DNA from: Vicugna vicugna
Lineage: Eukaryota
Assembly (NCBI GenBank): GCA_013265495.1
Contig: MU057880.1
Coordinates: 1,456,527 to 1,520,526 of the forward strand
DNA length: 64,000 nt
Reading direction: 5' to 3'
Both the position numbers and the translations under genes were made by a program. Shown one piece after another: positions 39,126 through 51,603 of this stretch (position 1 is the stretch's first letter; the number at the start of each line of letters is the position of its first letter). The notes below the pieces were generated by a model that had not been told where the DNA came from, searched no databases, and saw only the letters and a program-made list of their open reading frames with translations.

Positions 39126-41014
39126 AGAATGTAATTCAAAGTTTAAAAGATATATTCAACTGAAGGTAGGGTCTGTCATGGTTTAATTTTTTTAACCGCC
39201 TGATCCTGGAGAGACATTTCCTCACGTCTAAGTCAATTACCTTTGTGAATTCACACACGACGCTCCGTTCTGTTACAGCAACTCAGCAATGTTATCATTT
39301 CATTGTTCAGGGATCTTTTTTCTTTTTTTGGAGAAAATTAAGAGCTCAAAAGTAGAAAATACAAACATTCTTCCTTTTGCTTCTATAGACTTGTGTTTGC
39401 TGCCTCAGGAGCTCTGTTTCAGCTTGAGAGGAAAACATAACCTCTTTAATGAAGAGTCCTTTGGGAAGCATTTTGCATTAGTAAACCCTATAAAATGATG
39501 GGTTTTGAGAGCTTTTCCTTCCTGTTAATGAACTTCAAGGCTTGTTGAAAAATGATACTTTTCAAAATTAAAAAAAGTGTATATTTTGTCAAATATGAGT
39601 GTCTCCCATCCACACATGCCAGGCCCAGGGCTGTGCAGCTCCAGGTAAAGATATTCCGTCTCTGAGCCTCACTGGTCAACTGACCGACTTACAGGTAAAA
39701 TGAATGAGTCCTGGCGTTTGGTCAAAATGGCTGTAGCTTCCCTGCGCATTTGTAAAGCATGGTCGATGGAAGGAGACACATTTGATTTGCTTTTCCCGCT
39801 GAGGCTCAGACGAGACAAGCCACAAAGCTCAAAGTGCCCTTCCTGTGTGGAAGACTGGTCTGGACGCCATCACACGTGTAGGGTTCAGAGTAGTTTAAAG
39901 CACGGTGACCTTGGAGGCAGGTGAGAATGTGAACTCCATCCCTACATGCCTTCAGTCCTTTCACTCTCAGATAGCGGGTACCCAACTATATCTCTGACTC
40001 CAGCTCGGTTTGCCCATCTGTGACCCACAGGTCAGTACAGACCTTCAGATGTGTCTTTCTGAGGCCACCTCTAAAAATGTTTATTGTTGCTCCATGGAAC
40101 ACAATAAACTCGACTGCTAATTTTTCTAAGAAAAAAAAATCAGAAGTTCTGTCTGAGCTCAGGCATCTGCCCCACATGGGACCAACTGGCTGGAGCGGAG
40201 CAGGGCTGGTTCCTTTGGATGCTCTTCCTGCAATGATCTCCTTCCTCTGCCCACATGTTGGCTTCTGTTTACTTGCCTGGACCCACAGCCATTTCAGTTC
40301 GCAAAATTTGATTTAGATTTGGGATAGCAGCTAGCCTATGGAGCCCCAGTTAATGATGTAGGAAAGGCGAATCCAGCTGCACCATACAGAGCAGACACTG
40401 GATTTCAGTCTCCTGCTCTCTCTCTCAGCCAAGTAGCCTTGTGCAACAGACAAGCTGCCCGATGTACACCAGAGTTGAGCATATCAGGATAAAAGGGGAT
40501 TCTGCACCAAGATGGAGGTGAGCAAGGCAGTAGCACTTGTACAGCGCTGGTCGGTCATCATTGCCTGGAAGAAAAGGCCAAAACCAAAAACTAAGAAGTC
40601 ACTGCTTTGTTTTAAAGGGACAACAGCATCACTGACCTGCTCCAGGCAGATGTCATTCACAAGGTGTAAGTGAAGCATTCATTAAGATTCTCCTAACTTT
40701 TTCTTTTTGAAAAGCTCAAACCTGGTTCATATTTTTACAAATGTGAATCTTTTCAGGGGTTCCTGAGCCTGCCTATGCTGTCAGTGGCTCCTGTTGGTGG
40801 ATCTTGTTCCTTTTTTAAAGCAAGCAATGTGTGGGAATGTTTGAAGCCCAAATTCATCGAACAAAGCTCATCTGGCCATGTGTGGGTGTTTATAAATCTC
40901 AGCTCCAGGAGAGAAGTGGGTGGGCATTTCCTGTTCCAACTGTAATTCAGGGCTGAGGGGGTCTCCCACGTGTGATGGCCTCATGGGGAAACACTGCAGC
41001 CTCACAGCTGTGCC

Positions 41015-41612
41015 CGTTAGAGCAGGTGGAGACCTGGATATGAGCAGAGAAGGGGCACAGAGGCCAAATGCAGGAGACCACACATCTTGTGAACAGGGGT
41101 CCTCGGGCAGACAGAGAAAAGCAGGAACCTCTGGACTGATAAGTGATCACACATTTTGGGGTAACAAGTGCCCCAGAGGCTGACAAAGAAAGATGGGAAA
41201 AGGCAGGAACCTCCAGTGTCTGAATATAACCGTTGGCTCATTATGCCCTCATTTCAATAAAATTAGCCTTGCAGATTAGAAGTCCCCATCATGCACTGAC
41301 GCCGTGACACTGCTCATCCAGACTAAATAAGGACAAAAATCCCTCCTCCCTTCAGGAAGGTGGAGTTGGGATGGAAATCAGGGAATAGGACCTCAAACCC
41401 CTCCCTTCCCAGTGAATATTCTGCCTATTCATTTTTACATCCCATATAATCAGCCTGTCAAAGAAACTGAGGGCAGCTGCTCACCTGAGTCTGCCTGCTC
41501 TCCCCTTGAGAGTGCACTGTCAGGTAACAAATCCTTGCTTTGCTTTCTTAATCTCTGTGTCTTGTCTCTGAATTCTTTCTGTGATGAGACAAGAACCTAA
41601 TCACTGACAACA
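41015..41612 (+). mobile_element. ERV1-class (MER4-group-like) solo LTR
   Basis: cgttagagcagg...tgagcagag start; U5-like gtcttgtctctgaattctttctgtgatgagacaagaacc...aaca end; TSD not clear. Confidence 0.7.
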
Positions 41613-43382
41613 CCCCAACGGCTGCTTTACCTTTGAGACAGGCTTGAAGGAGGAAGCTTTGCCTGTGCTTTGCTTATTGAAGTTTCCCCATAAAAGCCTG
41701 GTATTGATCTAGCATCCAAGGGGGTCCCTGTAAATGCTAGAGATGTTGCCCCATGAAGGATAAATTGGTAGAGCTGTTTAGAGAGAAAAAGAAAAGAATT
41801 GAGCTAAGTCTTCAATGGTGACTAATCCATAAATGCTTTTAGAGAGACAAGCTCAGTGTTCAGGTGCCTACAGAGGCACAGGGCCAAGTGCCTCATGGTT
41901 GAGAGCTGGGGGATCTAGGCCAGATATTTACAAGATCCCTTAGCTTGTCAGCTACACAGCATGAAAAATATTTCCAAGCCAGGGTTATTCTTGTGGCAAA
42001 CACTCAGGACTGCTGAGAAGGAGCAGTCTGTGTTTTGTGGAGTGCGTAATTATTCTGGGGGACCCTGGATTGGGTCTGCCTATGATCCTTTGCAAGAAGA
42101 AGGGAGAAAATGTTGGCAGAAAAAACAAATCCATCAGCTGTATGGCGGTTCTGAACTGAACACAAGGTCAGACAGTCAGAGATACAAGCGTTGTTCAGGT
42201 GGTTATGGGGGTTTGTTATTGCTGGTGTTATTCACCCAGACCACTCAGAAGGAAGCCCAACAAGTTGGCCGTGCAGCCACCTGGGTCAGCCTCCCAGTGA
42301 ACCGTGCCAGGGGCTTTCTGAGGCTCTGCGATGGAGGATGGAACCCGGGGAAAGTGGACGGCATAGTTTTCCATTTTAACACACCTCCCACACTCCCAAG
42401 TCAATATTTCAGAGATTGGAGTTGACAAGCAAAGCTATCTGAAGAATGAAACCTGATAGTCACTTATTATCTGTCAAGGTAATGACTCCCTTAGGGTTTC
42501 TGGAAAAAGAATCTTTCCAATCTGACATTTAAAAACCCTGCAGGTTTCAGCCTGTCTACCACGCCTGCCCCGCTGCAGCGGCCGGGTTCCAAATGTGACC
42601 CTGTGGGCTGGCAGCCCACCAAGACAAGACGGAACAGAGATGCCTCTGACACTGGGTGAGCCCCCTCTTCAGGTAGTTCTATGTGTCACAGGCAGGAAAA
42701 AAGAGAACTGGTTTTCTGTTAAATCAAGCATCCGCATCGACCCGGCCTGACTTACCCTGCACCAACGTGTCAGGAGCGGTGGAACTTTCTGCAGCAGTCA
42801 GGAGGTATTTCACCACCTGCGGAAGACTGTCTGCTGCTGGTTTGTCTGCTGTTTCAAATTGTTCCATTTTAAGCATTTTCTGGGTCTGGCTAACTACGGA
42901 TGGGCTCTTAGAGTTAGAATATGTACTTTAGAGACATACCTTTCCCCCAAGTGGAAATAGTGGTTTATCCCTGGGAAAGTAAACACTTAAGACGTTCCTA
43001 TAAAGGGTGAAGCTATGAATTAAATTTGTTTATTCATTCTCACGCACCCTTGATGGAGCTCGTCCTCCATACGGCTGCTTACGTCATCCAGAAGAAAAGT
43101 TCTAAAGTTCAGCATCATAAAGATAAATCTCTCAGAGTCCCCCTCTTGGCCCTCTCCTTTGGCTTGATTCGTGTTGTTATAATACAATTCTCACTGGGAT
43201 TTCCCAAATCTATTTTTGCCTCTTAACCATCAAAGTCTTTATTCTCCAATGATCCATCCTGTAACTTTTTCTTGTGTACTTTTTTTCCCATATGTTTCTC
43301 TTATATTACTTCCTTCAAGCCCCTGTTCACTCATGATCGGATCACTCAGCTGTTTTAAATGTATTCTTTTTAATTTATTGTA

Positions 43383-43565
43383 TTTTTTACTGAAGTGTGG
43401 TTGATTCACAATGTTAGTTTCGGATGAACAGCAAAGCGATTCAGTTATACATGTACATGCGTGGATCTATTTTCTTTTCAGATTCTTTTCCATTATATGT
43501 TATTACAAGAAACTGAATATAGTTCCCTGTGCTCGACAGTAGGTCCTTGTCGTTTGTCTATTTTT
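43383..43565 (-). mobile_element. 5'-truncated L1 3' UTR
   Basis: tttactgaagtgtggttgattcacaatg...gaatatagttccctgtgctcgacagtaggtccttg. Confidence 0.85.
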
Positions 43566-44993
43566 AAGTGTATTTCTCACTTTCAAGACCTTTACCTTTG
43601 ATGGTCTATTTTAACTATGGCCTCAGGTGTGCAGCCCCTGCAGTGATCCAAGCTATCCTATCACTTGGCTGTTGGACATTTGTCATTGATCAGATTAAAT
43701 ATAAATACCTATTTTCAGACATCAAGTCATTCTAGCTTACGGTTTTACTTTCTAACTAGTTATATGCTCTTTTTGAGTGGTTGTCATGACACCCCCTCCA
43801 GGAAAGCTGACACGTCTGTCTCTTTTGTGTTCCTGCTGGAACCCGACTCAAGTTTTCTCCTCTTCCTCAGAAAACCTAGACTCTCTCACTGTTCTTCCAC
43901 TTCTCCGTCTCTCATTCCCAGTCCCTCTCCTCCCCACCAGCTCTCTCAGTGGGTATTTGATAGTGGCGCTTTACGAAGACATCACTGAGAACAAGTCAGC
44001 AGTGGGTGAATAAAGAATGGCAACAGGAAGCTTAGAACCCCAAGTACTTTTAGGCGACTCCCTGTCACAAAGTGCACGTGATGCTGCCCTTGGTTCCACC
44101 CACTCCATCTGCCACAGGAGAGTCTCGGTTTGCTAATTTAAGATTACACTCTTTTACAGTTTCTCTTAAGACTCAATGGTCAGAACAAGGTTCTCAACAC
44201 CAAATCATGCTATTACTACAGCAAGTGACATGTTTTAAGGAAATGGCACCACACCCTTAATCATTTTTACTTTAAAGGTAACTAAAGGAAGATATTTAGA
44301 GTCCAAGTTAAAAGACTGATATTCCATGTAACTTCTCTGGGTCAGTGAACAGAGAGACCCAGTTGCTCCCTGGATAGGAGTAACTTCTGGCCAAGGTGTG
44401 CATGTGTATTTGGGGACAGACTTAAAGTTTGGTTGGCATTCAGAGAGGCTGTACTGCCACGTACGTGAAAAAAGGCTCCATTGGATGCATTTGCAAAGGA
44501 CGCATGAAAACCCCACCTCAAGGGGCTGGTGGGGTGTTTAGGGAGCTGCATGTGGCAGCTTAGACTTTTCTTCATTGAGTCTAAGAACCGATGATTTTAA
44601 GAAGAAAAGTCACTTGATCAGATTGGAGTTTCAGAAAAATCAGTCTGTCAGCAAAGTTGACTCGGTTAGTGAGTTTCCAACTATGTACCTGAAGAATATG
44701 GTATAATCGAAGCTGCCCAAACCAAATAACAGTGGTTTAATTAGTGGGAAAAATAGGTAGTTTTCTCAACCATAGATTTTCTTTCATATTTTCTTTTCAT
44801 TAAAAAGAATTCTTAATTATCTCCCCCTGAAAAAAAGCAAACAAAAAAATTGAATTTTCTTGCCTGCAAATACCACAGATTACAAAAATAAATAAAACAT
44901 GTGGTATTGGTTTGACAAAAGTGAATAACTATATTAAAAACATCCATTTATGCTTAGTTTTAAATTAACTTTTTGCAAACATACTATCAGGTT

Positions 44994-45088
44994 ATTTTTT
45001 TAATTGAGGTACAACTGACACATGACATTATATTAGGTTCATGTGCACAACACAGTGATTCAATATTTGTATCTATTGCAAAATGATC
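44994..45088 (-). mobile_element. L1 3' end stub (older L1MA-like)
   Basis: ttttaattgaggtacaactgacacatgacattatattaggttcatgtgcacaacacagtgattcaatatttgt. Confidence 0.7.
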
Positions 45089-45214
45089 TGTGGTTGTGTT
45101 TTCATGTTTTATGATAGAACTATTATACTTTCTGCTATAAAAAAAAATCCCCAGTTTATTTGCTGAAATAAATCTCTGTTTCACGATATCCATGGAATAA
45201 AAAAGCAGCAGGGA

Positions 45215-45560
45215 GATGGTCCCTGCCCCCGGCTGTCACCACCACCCCCGCCTCTGCTCTCAGCTCTGGTCCCAGGAAGCGGCGACTTCCGGCCACTTTA
45301 CACTGAGACGCTTCAGCAGTGTCTCAGCTCAAGGCTCCCGTGTCTTCTCTCCTCTGCAGGTGGAGGAGCCGGGGCGGGTGAAGGTAGTGCTCAGGCGGAG
45401 GAGCGACGGAGCGAGCCGGCTTCCGCCCGACCCTGAGCAGGAGGTGCTGAGGGCGCGGGGCAGGCTGCAGGGTGGGTACTGGAGGGTCAGCTCCTACGCT
45501 CATTAACCTCCCACTTCCCATGATAACTCGGCCCGGGCCTGCTCCTCCTGCCGCCACTCC
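45215..45560. promoter_or_regulatory. Small CpG/GC-rich patch with GC boxes and paired ETS motifs
   Basis: Abrupt GC-rich island in AT-rich context; caggaagc 45273-45280, acttccgg 45285-45292, ccccgcc 45246-45252, ggggcggg 45371-45378. Confidence 0.4.
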
Positions 45561-45975
45561 TGCTCCCCAGGGAATGATCTGAACACAAATTTGGTCTCAG
45601 ACTCCACTTGTGAGGATAAATCTCTTTTCTTCACTGAGTCTGAGACTGTCAGGGGTCAGAAATATTCTTCGATGGGCAAGGAGACATTTTAAAAAAAATT
45701 TTTTTAATTAATTTTTTAAAAAATTATTTGTTTAAACAAAGTTTATTCTAGGAAGAGCAACTCATTGAGAGATAAAACTGTTTTAAAATTTACATATGTG
45801 TACTATTGATTGTTTCTATGAACAGTTTAGAGGTTTTTAAGTTCACATAGTTATCGAAGGAATAAAGCCAACCACAAAATAAGAATCAACAGAATGTGGT
45901 AATCCAATCATAAGGACAGTCAGATGCACTTACACATACTCAAGAAATCAGTCATCTAAGTTATAAATAATAAGT

Positions 45976-46131
45976 AGTTCATTTGTGTCCTTTTTTTTAG
46001 ATTCTTACTACTCAGCCATAAGAAAGAATAAAACAATGCCATTTGCAACAACATGGATGGACCTGGAGATCATCATTCTAAGTGAAGTAAGCCAGAAAGA
46101 GAGAGACAAATGCCACATGATGTCACTTATA
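45976..46131. mobile_element. Short internally inverted L1 fragment
   Basis: 45976-46004 is antisense L1 (agttcatttgtgtccttttttttagattc) joined to sense L1 46005-46131 (tactactcagccataag...atggacctggagatcatcattctaagtgaagtaagccag...tcacttata). Confidence 0.8.
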
Positions 46132-46645
46132 AGTGTAAGGAGAACTTTTTGGAAGCTGTTGCTATGATCAGGGCAAATATGACTAGCACACTGGTCTTAC
46201 CTAATGTAGCACCAGCTGGGATGGAGCCCACGCACTGGTTATTATGAAAACAATAATGTCCTGTTGGCATAGTGCTTTTTCATATTCAACATTGTGAACA
46301 TTTTACAGTTTCTTTGTTGTTTTTTGGTTTTTTGTCCTGTTTTGTTTTACAAATCTTTTTCTTCATCCATGACTCCACTCTTTAACATCTAAAACAGATC
46401 AAAGTCAGTGCTGGTGCTGTGTTCTGGCTGATGGTGAGCTTTAGTGAGTAGTGGGTGGCTTAATGGCTGGGAGGAGGCACGAGTCAGTCTCATTTTAGTA
46501 TCTCCATATTCATGCAGAGTAGGCAGGGCATGGCTTATTTTCACATGAGATGCGAGGAAACTGAGTCATGTAAAATGTGAATGGCTTTTTAAGGTCAGAG
46601 CAAAGACTTTGCTACAGATCTTAATAAGAAAAAAAGTATATATAC

Positions 46646-46705
46646 TTTTTTTCACTGAGGTATAGTCAGTTTACCATGTTGTGTCAATTTCTGGTTTCAG
46701 CATAA
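46646..46705 (-). mobile_element. L1 3' end stub
   Basis: tttttttcactgaggtatagtcagtttaccatgttgtgtcaatttctgg. Confidence 0.75.
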
Positions 46706-46744
46706 GAAATATATGTATATATATGTATTTAGCAAGTCATTCTC

Positions 46745-46897
46745 TTTTTTAATTTATTTTCTTTTTTATTTTGCAGGGAGGTAACTAGATTTTTTTTTTA
46801 ATTAAAAAATTTTTTTAAATGGAGGTGTTGGGAATTGAACCCAGGACCTCGTACATTCAAAACATTCACTCTACCACTGAGCTATACCCTCCCTCCA
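46745..46897 (-). mobile_element. Vic-1-type SINE followed by a (TA)n tract
   Basis: atggaggtgttgggaattgaacccaggacctcg...ctctaccactgagctataccctcc. Confidence 0.9.
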
Positions 46898-48088
46898 GAA
46901 ATATATATATATATGTATGTGTGTATATATATATATATATATTTAATAACCCACAGAAACTAAGCTACTTTCTAATTGCTTTGCTGAACTATGTGTCTCA
47001 GACTTACTTTATGTCTAATAAAAATAAATATAAATATTGACATTATACGTAACATTACGTTACCCCGACATCCCCACGGTAGTTCTGAATTGAGTGAGAA
47101 ATAGTCTAGAGAATTGGCAGGTGTAAACCAAACTATCTCCTGTATTTCTGATGGAGCTGAAATTCAGGAGTCAAGGCTTATTCGTTCAAGTCCAGAACCA
47201 GAAAGACCTCCCCACTCAATAGCCCGGGCTGTATACCCACTGGTCCCTGTGGAGAGGAGAAAGGAGGGGCCTAGGTGTCACAAGACAAGATTCTCTCTCA
47301 AAACTTATTATGAAGATGAAGGCACTGCCTTAGGGAAGAGTGAGAGAGTGGAGGGGTTCTGGGGGTGGAATACAAGAGCAGGGAATAAGGAATCCCCTTA
47401 CATAACGTGGTCGCTCCTGAATTAATTCATTAGCAGCCTGCACAGAGTGACCGCGATGCTTCAGGTACAGAGGGAAGTGGTGATAAGCAAGACAGAATGT
47501 GCCCTGCCTCCTGCTGCTGGCTAGCTTCTGAAGAAGTAAAGTGTTTCCTATATAAAATCAAGCATTTCCTAGTTTTTGAGAAATCATAATATATGGTGGT
47601 AGAATGTGAATCATCTGATGTGAACGGATCAAAAACTTCAGACGACAAGTTGCCTGGAAGATGTGTACGTACTGCTGTTTACTGCATTATGCTGTTAGGA
47701 GAGAGAATCTAGTATCTGGCTGTCATATCAGATAATCTCATATCTGTGTGACTCTCGTGCGTTCAGAGAAATATTTACCTCCCACTTCAAGCCTCTGCCT
47801 TTATACCTTTCCCGTGTCCAGGTGGAACAGGTGTCTCTCTTACTCTCTTACCTGAATCTCATTCTCCCCTCAGGTAGAAGCATTGGTCATCAATGTACCC
47901 CATTTCCCCCATTTTTGACAAAGAGACACAATTTAAACTTTTCCCATCTTAAAAAAACAAGCAAAACACACACACACTCTTAGTGACCCTACATGCTATC
48001 CATCCTCTTCCTTGCTTCCTTTTTGTGGGAAGTTTCTGAAAAAGAGAGGATAATCTAAAATCACACATTCCTATTTAATCAATACTGG

Positions 48089-48113
48089 TTTTTTTTTTTT
48101 TTTTTTTTTTTTT
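48089..48113. repeat. poly(T)25
   Basis: Directly visible. Confidence 0.95.
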
Positions 48114-48269
48114 ACCTCTCCGTGAAGAGCCCACATCCTTGTCTCCACCTTTGGAGTCCTTACTTTCCAAAAAAGGACTCAGTCTAAGCTTCATATACTA
48201 GTTTACATTTCTTTCTTAGCTGATCAACTGACTCTTATTTGTGTTCCTTTAGAAGTGTCTCTGCACCTC

Positions 48270-49250
48270 TATGATTTCCATACTTTGCATTTGTTAAGGT
48301 CTATCTTGTTGAATGTCCCACGTGAGCTTGAGAAGAATGTGAATTCTGCTGTCCATGGATGAAGCAGTCCATAAATGTCCACGACATCCAGTCGATGGAT
48401 GGTGGTGTTGAGTTCAGCTGTGTCCCCACTGATTTCCTTTCTGCTGAGTCTGTCCGCTGCTGAGAGGGCTGTGGAAGTCTCCCACTGCAATGGTGGATCC
48501 ATCTGTTTCAGCTTGCTGTTCTATCAGTCTTTGCTTCATGGACGTTGATGCTCTGTTGTGAGGCACATACATGTTAAAGATTGTTATAGCTTCTTGGAGA
48601 ATCCTCTTTATCATTACATAATGCTCCTCTTCATTCCTGACCACTTTCCATGCTTTGATTCTGTTTTCCTTTGATTAATATCTTAATAAAAGATATTAAT
48701 ATCTTTTCCTCCATCCATTTACTTTCAGTCTCTATGTGTCTTTATATTTTAATTGGTGTCTTGTAGCAACTTAAGAGTCTTACTTTGTGATTCACTCTGA
48801 CAATCTCTGTCTTTTAATTGGTGCCTTTAGACCACTGACAATTAGATTATTCATATAGTTGAATTAACAGCTACCATATTTGTTACAACTTTCCATTTGC
48901 TGCCCTTGTTTTTTGCTTCTTTTTTGTCTTCCACTTTTTTTCTTCTTTTCGTGGTTTTCATCGAGCATTTTCTATGACTCCATTTCATCTTCGTTTTTAG
49001 CTTTATCAGTTATAGTTTTTATAGTGGTTGCCCTAGGGAGTAATATATATTTATAACTAACCCAAATCCACTGTTAAATAACACTATAGCAAGTGTTGCT
49101 ATAAATAACAGTATATTAAGTGTGAGTACCTTTTAATAACAAAATAATGCTGGTTCCTCCCTCTCATCCTTTGTATCCTTGATGTCACCTATTTCTACTT
49201 GTATATAAGCATATATAATTGAATATATTGTTGTTATTATTTTGAATAGA
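48270..49250 (-). mobile_element. Old L1 (L1MC-like) with frameshifted ORF2 endonuclease remnant
   Basis: Track ORFs 48414-48644 (HYVMIK..QEAITIFNMYVPHNRAS..MKQRL..TIAVGDFHSPLS) and 48269-48502 (DRLSRKEI..ELN..LDVVDIY..LHP..EFTFFSS..GTFNKID) are L1 ORF2 APE-endonuclease motifs. Confidence 0.9.
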
Positions 49251-49589
49251 TTCAAGGTTAAATAGAGCTGTTGTTTCCTTCAAAAGTGGATTAGAAAAAA
49301 ACCGGAAAATTTTGATGTACATAAAGAAATATGGTTATAAAGAGAAAGAAAATTATGAAGCAAGGAAGAAAAAGTCCTAGGATCTATTGAAAATTATGAA
49401 ATTCTTATGGGAAGTTATGATTGTCTTGTGGGAAAATAAAGAAAAATAAACACATAGTTTCCAAAATAGCTTAATCAATTTGAAAGGCACAACATTCTTT
49501 CCACCATATAGTTAAGAATTCTCTTCTAAACTATTTTAAAGATTTTTGAGTGATGCTTTTCTATAGGGAAATGAACAGGGATTTTTTAT

Positions 49590-49780
49590 GAGACCTGTAT
49601 TCATACCTCGGCCCCATCACTTACTAATTGACTAATTGTAGTACTTTGGGCAAATTATTTTTTTCTCTCCCTAGACTTTATTATTGTATGTTCAATGAAG
49701 ACAGTTCCTACCTTGAAAACTGATTTCTAGATCTAATGATTTATGTGCTAATTGATCATCTGTGAATTGCAGTTACTACT
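49590..49780 (+). mobile_element. MIR
   Basis: agacctgtattcatacctcggccccatcacttacta...actttgggcaaattattt. Confidence 0.55.
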
Positions 49781-49823
49781 TATGTAACATTAGAACATTA
49801 CGTACTATGTATGCTCACTAGAG

Positions 49824-49826
<3 letters not shown>

Positions 49827-49872
<46 letters not shown>
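49827..49872. repeat. (AC)23 microsatellite
   Basis: Directly visible, perfect repeat. Confidence 0.98.
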
Positions 49873-49874
<2 letters not shown>

Positions 49875-50059
49875 GAATGATCCTCTCCCTAAGACCCAAG
49901 CCCACAGAACCCACTACCTAATGATCACAGTCATCAGGAAATGAGCATGCCTAGAAATAAACTCCTGTTTCTCTCTGCAATTTGAAGCATCAAGGTCATA
50001 GTTTTACACATTTTACCAGTGCCTCAGATCTGAGCATATGTGAGTTTGAGACTAAACAC

Positions 50060-50375
50060 TAGGGTGACCACAGAGGACATGCACTGTGTAAACAATTAAT
50101 ACTGGGGGCGTAAGTCAGTCGAGCCGGAGAACGAGGGTGCAGCGTGTTGGCCATGAAAGAGGTGGGCACGTCTGCACTTGCGTTAGACATGTGCATTGGC
50201 AAGTTAGCCGGTGCCGCGGCATGGGGAAAGCCATTAGCTGAGGCATGGCTTTTATTAACCCACACTGCTATTTAAGCAAACTACTGTTTGCTGTGCTCTT
50301 TATTTGAGAACATCTTAATATCAAGTATTAAGTGTTTTGAGCGTTAGTATAAAAGGAACATCTGGTCACCCCCTG
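50060..50375. mobile_element. hAT (Blackjack/MER81-MER94-type TIR) non-autonomous element
   Basis: Terminal inverted repeats tagggtgacca / tggtcaccccctg with 8-bp flanks ctaaacac (50052-50059) and ctaaccac (50376-50383). Confidence 0.6.
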
Positions 50376-51319
50376 CTAACCACGCTTGCTCGTGTTAGTT
50401 GGCTGGCTGGGTCTTCAGTGCAAGGTTGATTGTGGTGGCAGTGGTGGCATTCTTGTCCTCCTTCTGATTCAAAATGCAGTACTTTAAATATCACTGCATT
50501 TAGAAGGTATTTATTGCATTTTTTAATGTATCTAGAACCTTTATCGGGTCAACCATTATCTTTGTAGAAACTACTTATTTATCAAAAACTCACCTGCCTA
50601 CACTGGAAAAACATAGCCGGAAAAGCAATTTTTTCAATAACACAAGTTTTTTTTTTTTAAATAACAAAGTGGAATGAATATTTTGTGTTATTGAAACACT
50701 TATGTAATAATTGCCTCCAACACTAAAATGAGATGAATTCATGATTCATCTGCAACACAGGCTAGGAAAAAAATATGGCTCAGGTTTAGAAAGGCTGAAA
50801 ATTTTTGAAGAGAAAAGGCATAAGCTCCTGAAATAAAATATTTTGCAATTCTAATCAGAGTCCTAGCACGGTAAATTTCTTTAGTTGCTATTTTCATATT
50901 TGCATATATATTTCAGACTTACAAATGTATTCAGAATAATGCCTCAAGGAATCCTACTCTTTTCAGTCCAGGTAAGGCTTTCATACTTACGACCCCAAAT
51001 TGCTTAAGTATTATTTAACTCTAAGATTAAATATAGCAACAGGGTAGGGTCATCCTTGAGAAAACCCACTAAATTAGGTTGAATCCAAGTTTACGTTGTC
51101 AATTCCTGTCTGAAATTTATACTCTTCCTTAGGAAAGGTTTTGGTAGCAAATATAATTTTGTAATTTAGATTATTGAAATTATTTAAATAGCTGAAGTAA
51201 TCTAAAGTATTTTCAATTTAAATTGAGATTTAATAGTAACATAAGAAAATAAAAACTTCTGTATTAAGTGATTTGAACACCCAAGCACGAGGAAATAGGT
51301 AAGTGCGTGGACACCATCG

Positions 51320-51548
51320 CAGGCTTGGTTTCTGGCTCTGGAATTTCTTTGTTCTGTCACCTTGGATACATTATTTGACCCCTTTGTGCTTCAGTTTTCT
51401 CTGTAAAATGGAGAGGTTAACACTGCCCCACTCAAAGAGAGGTGTTATGAGAGTTTTAATGGGCTAAGATAGCAAAAATCTTAGAACATTGCCAAGCATA
51501 TAGCAAACATTCAGTCCATTTTGACTATCAGTATTATCATCATTGTTG
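51320..51548 (+). mobile_element. MIR
   Basis: tcaccttggatacattatttgacccctttgtgcttcagttttctctgtaaaatgg. Confidence 0.75.
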
Positions 51549-51603
51549 CCAAAATGTCATGAAATTGATGATAAATTAGGGTTTTTCTAGCATCTGAAAT
51601 ACA

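Noticed and set aside
41961..42425. Longest ORF in the track (154 aa)
   Set aside because: No recognisable domain or exon structure; length is compatible with chance
50917..50971. 55-bp segment with AG acceptor and CAG|GTAAGG donor
   Set aside because: Short, with no recognisable peptide; such pairs occur often by chance
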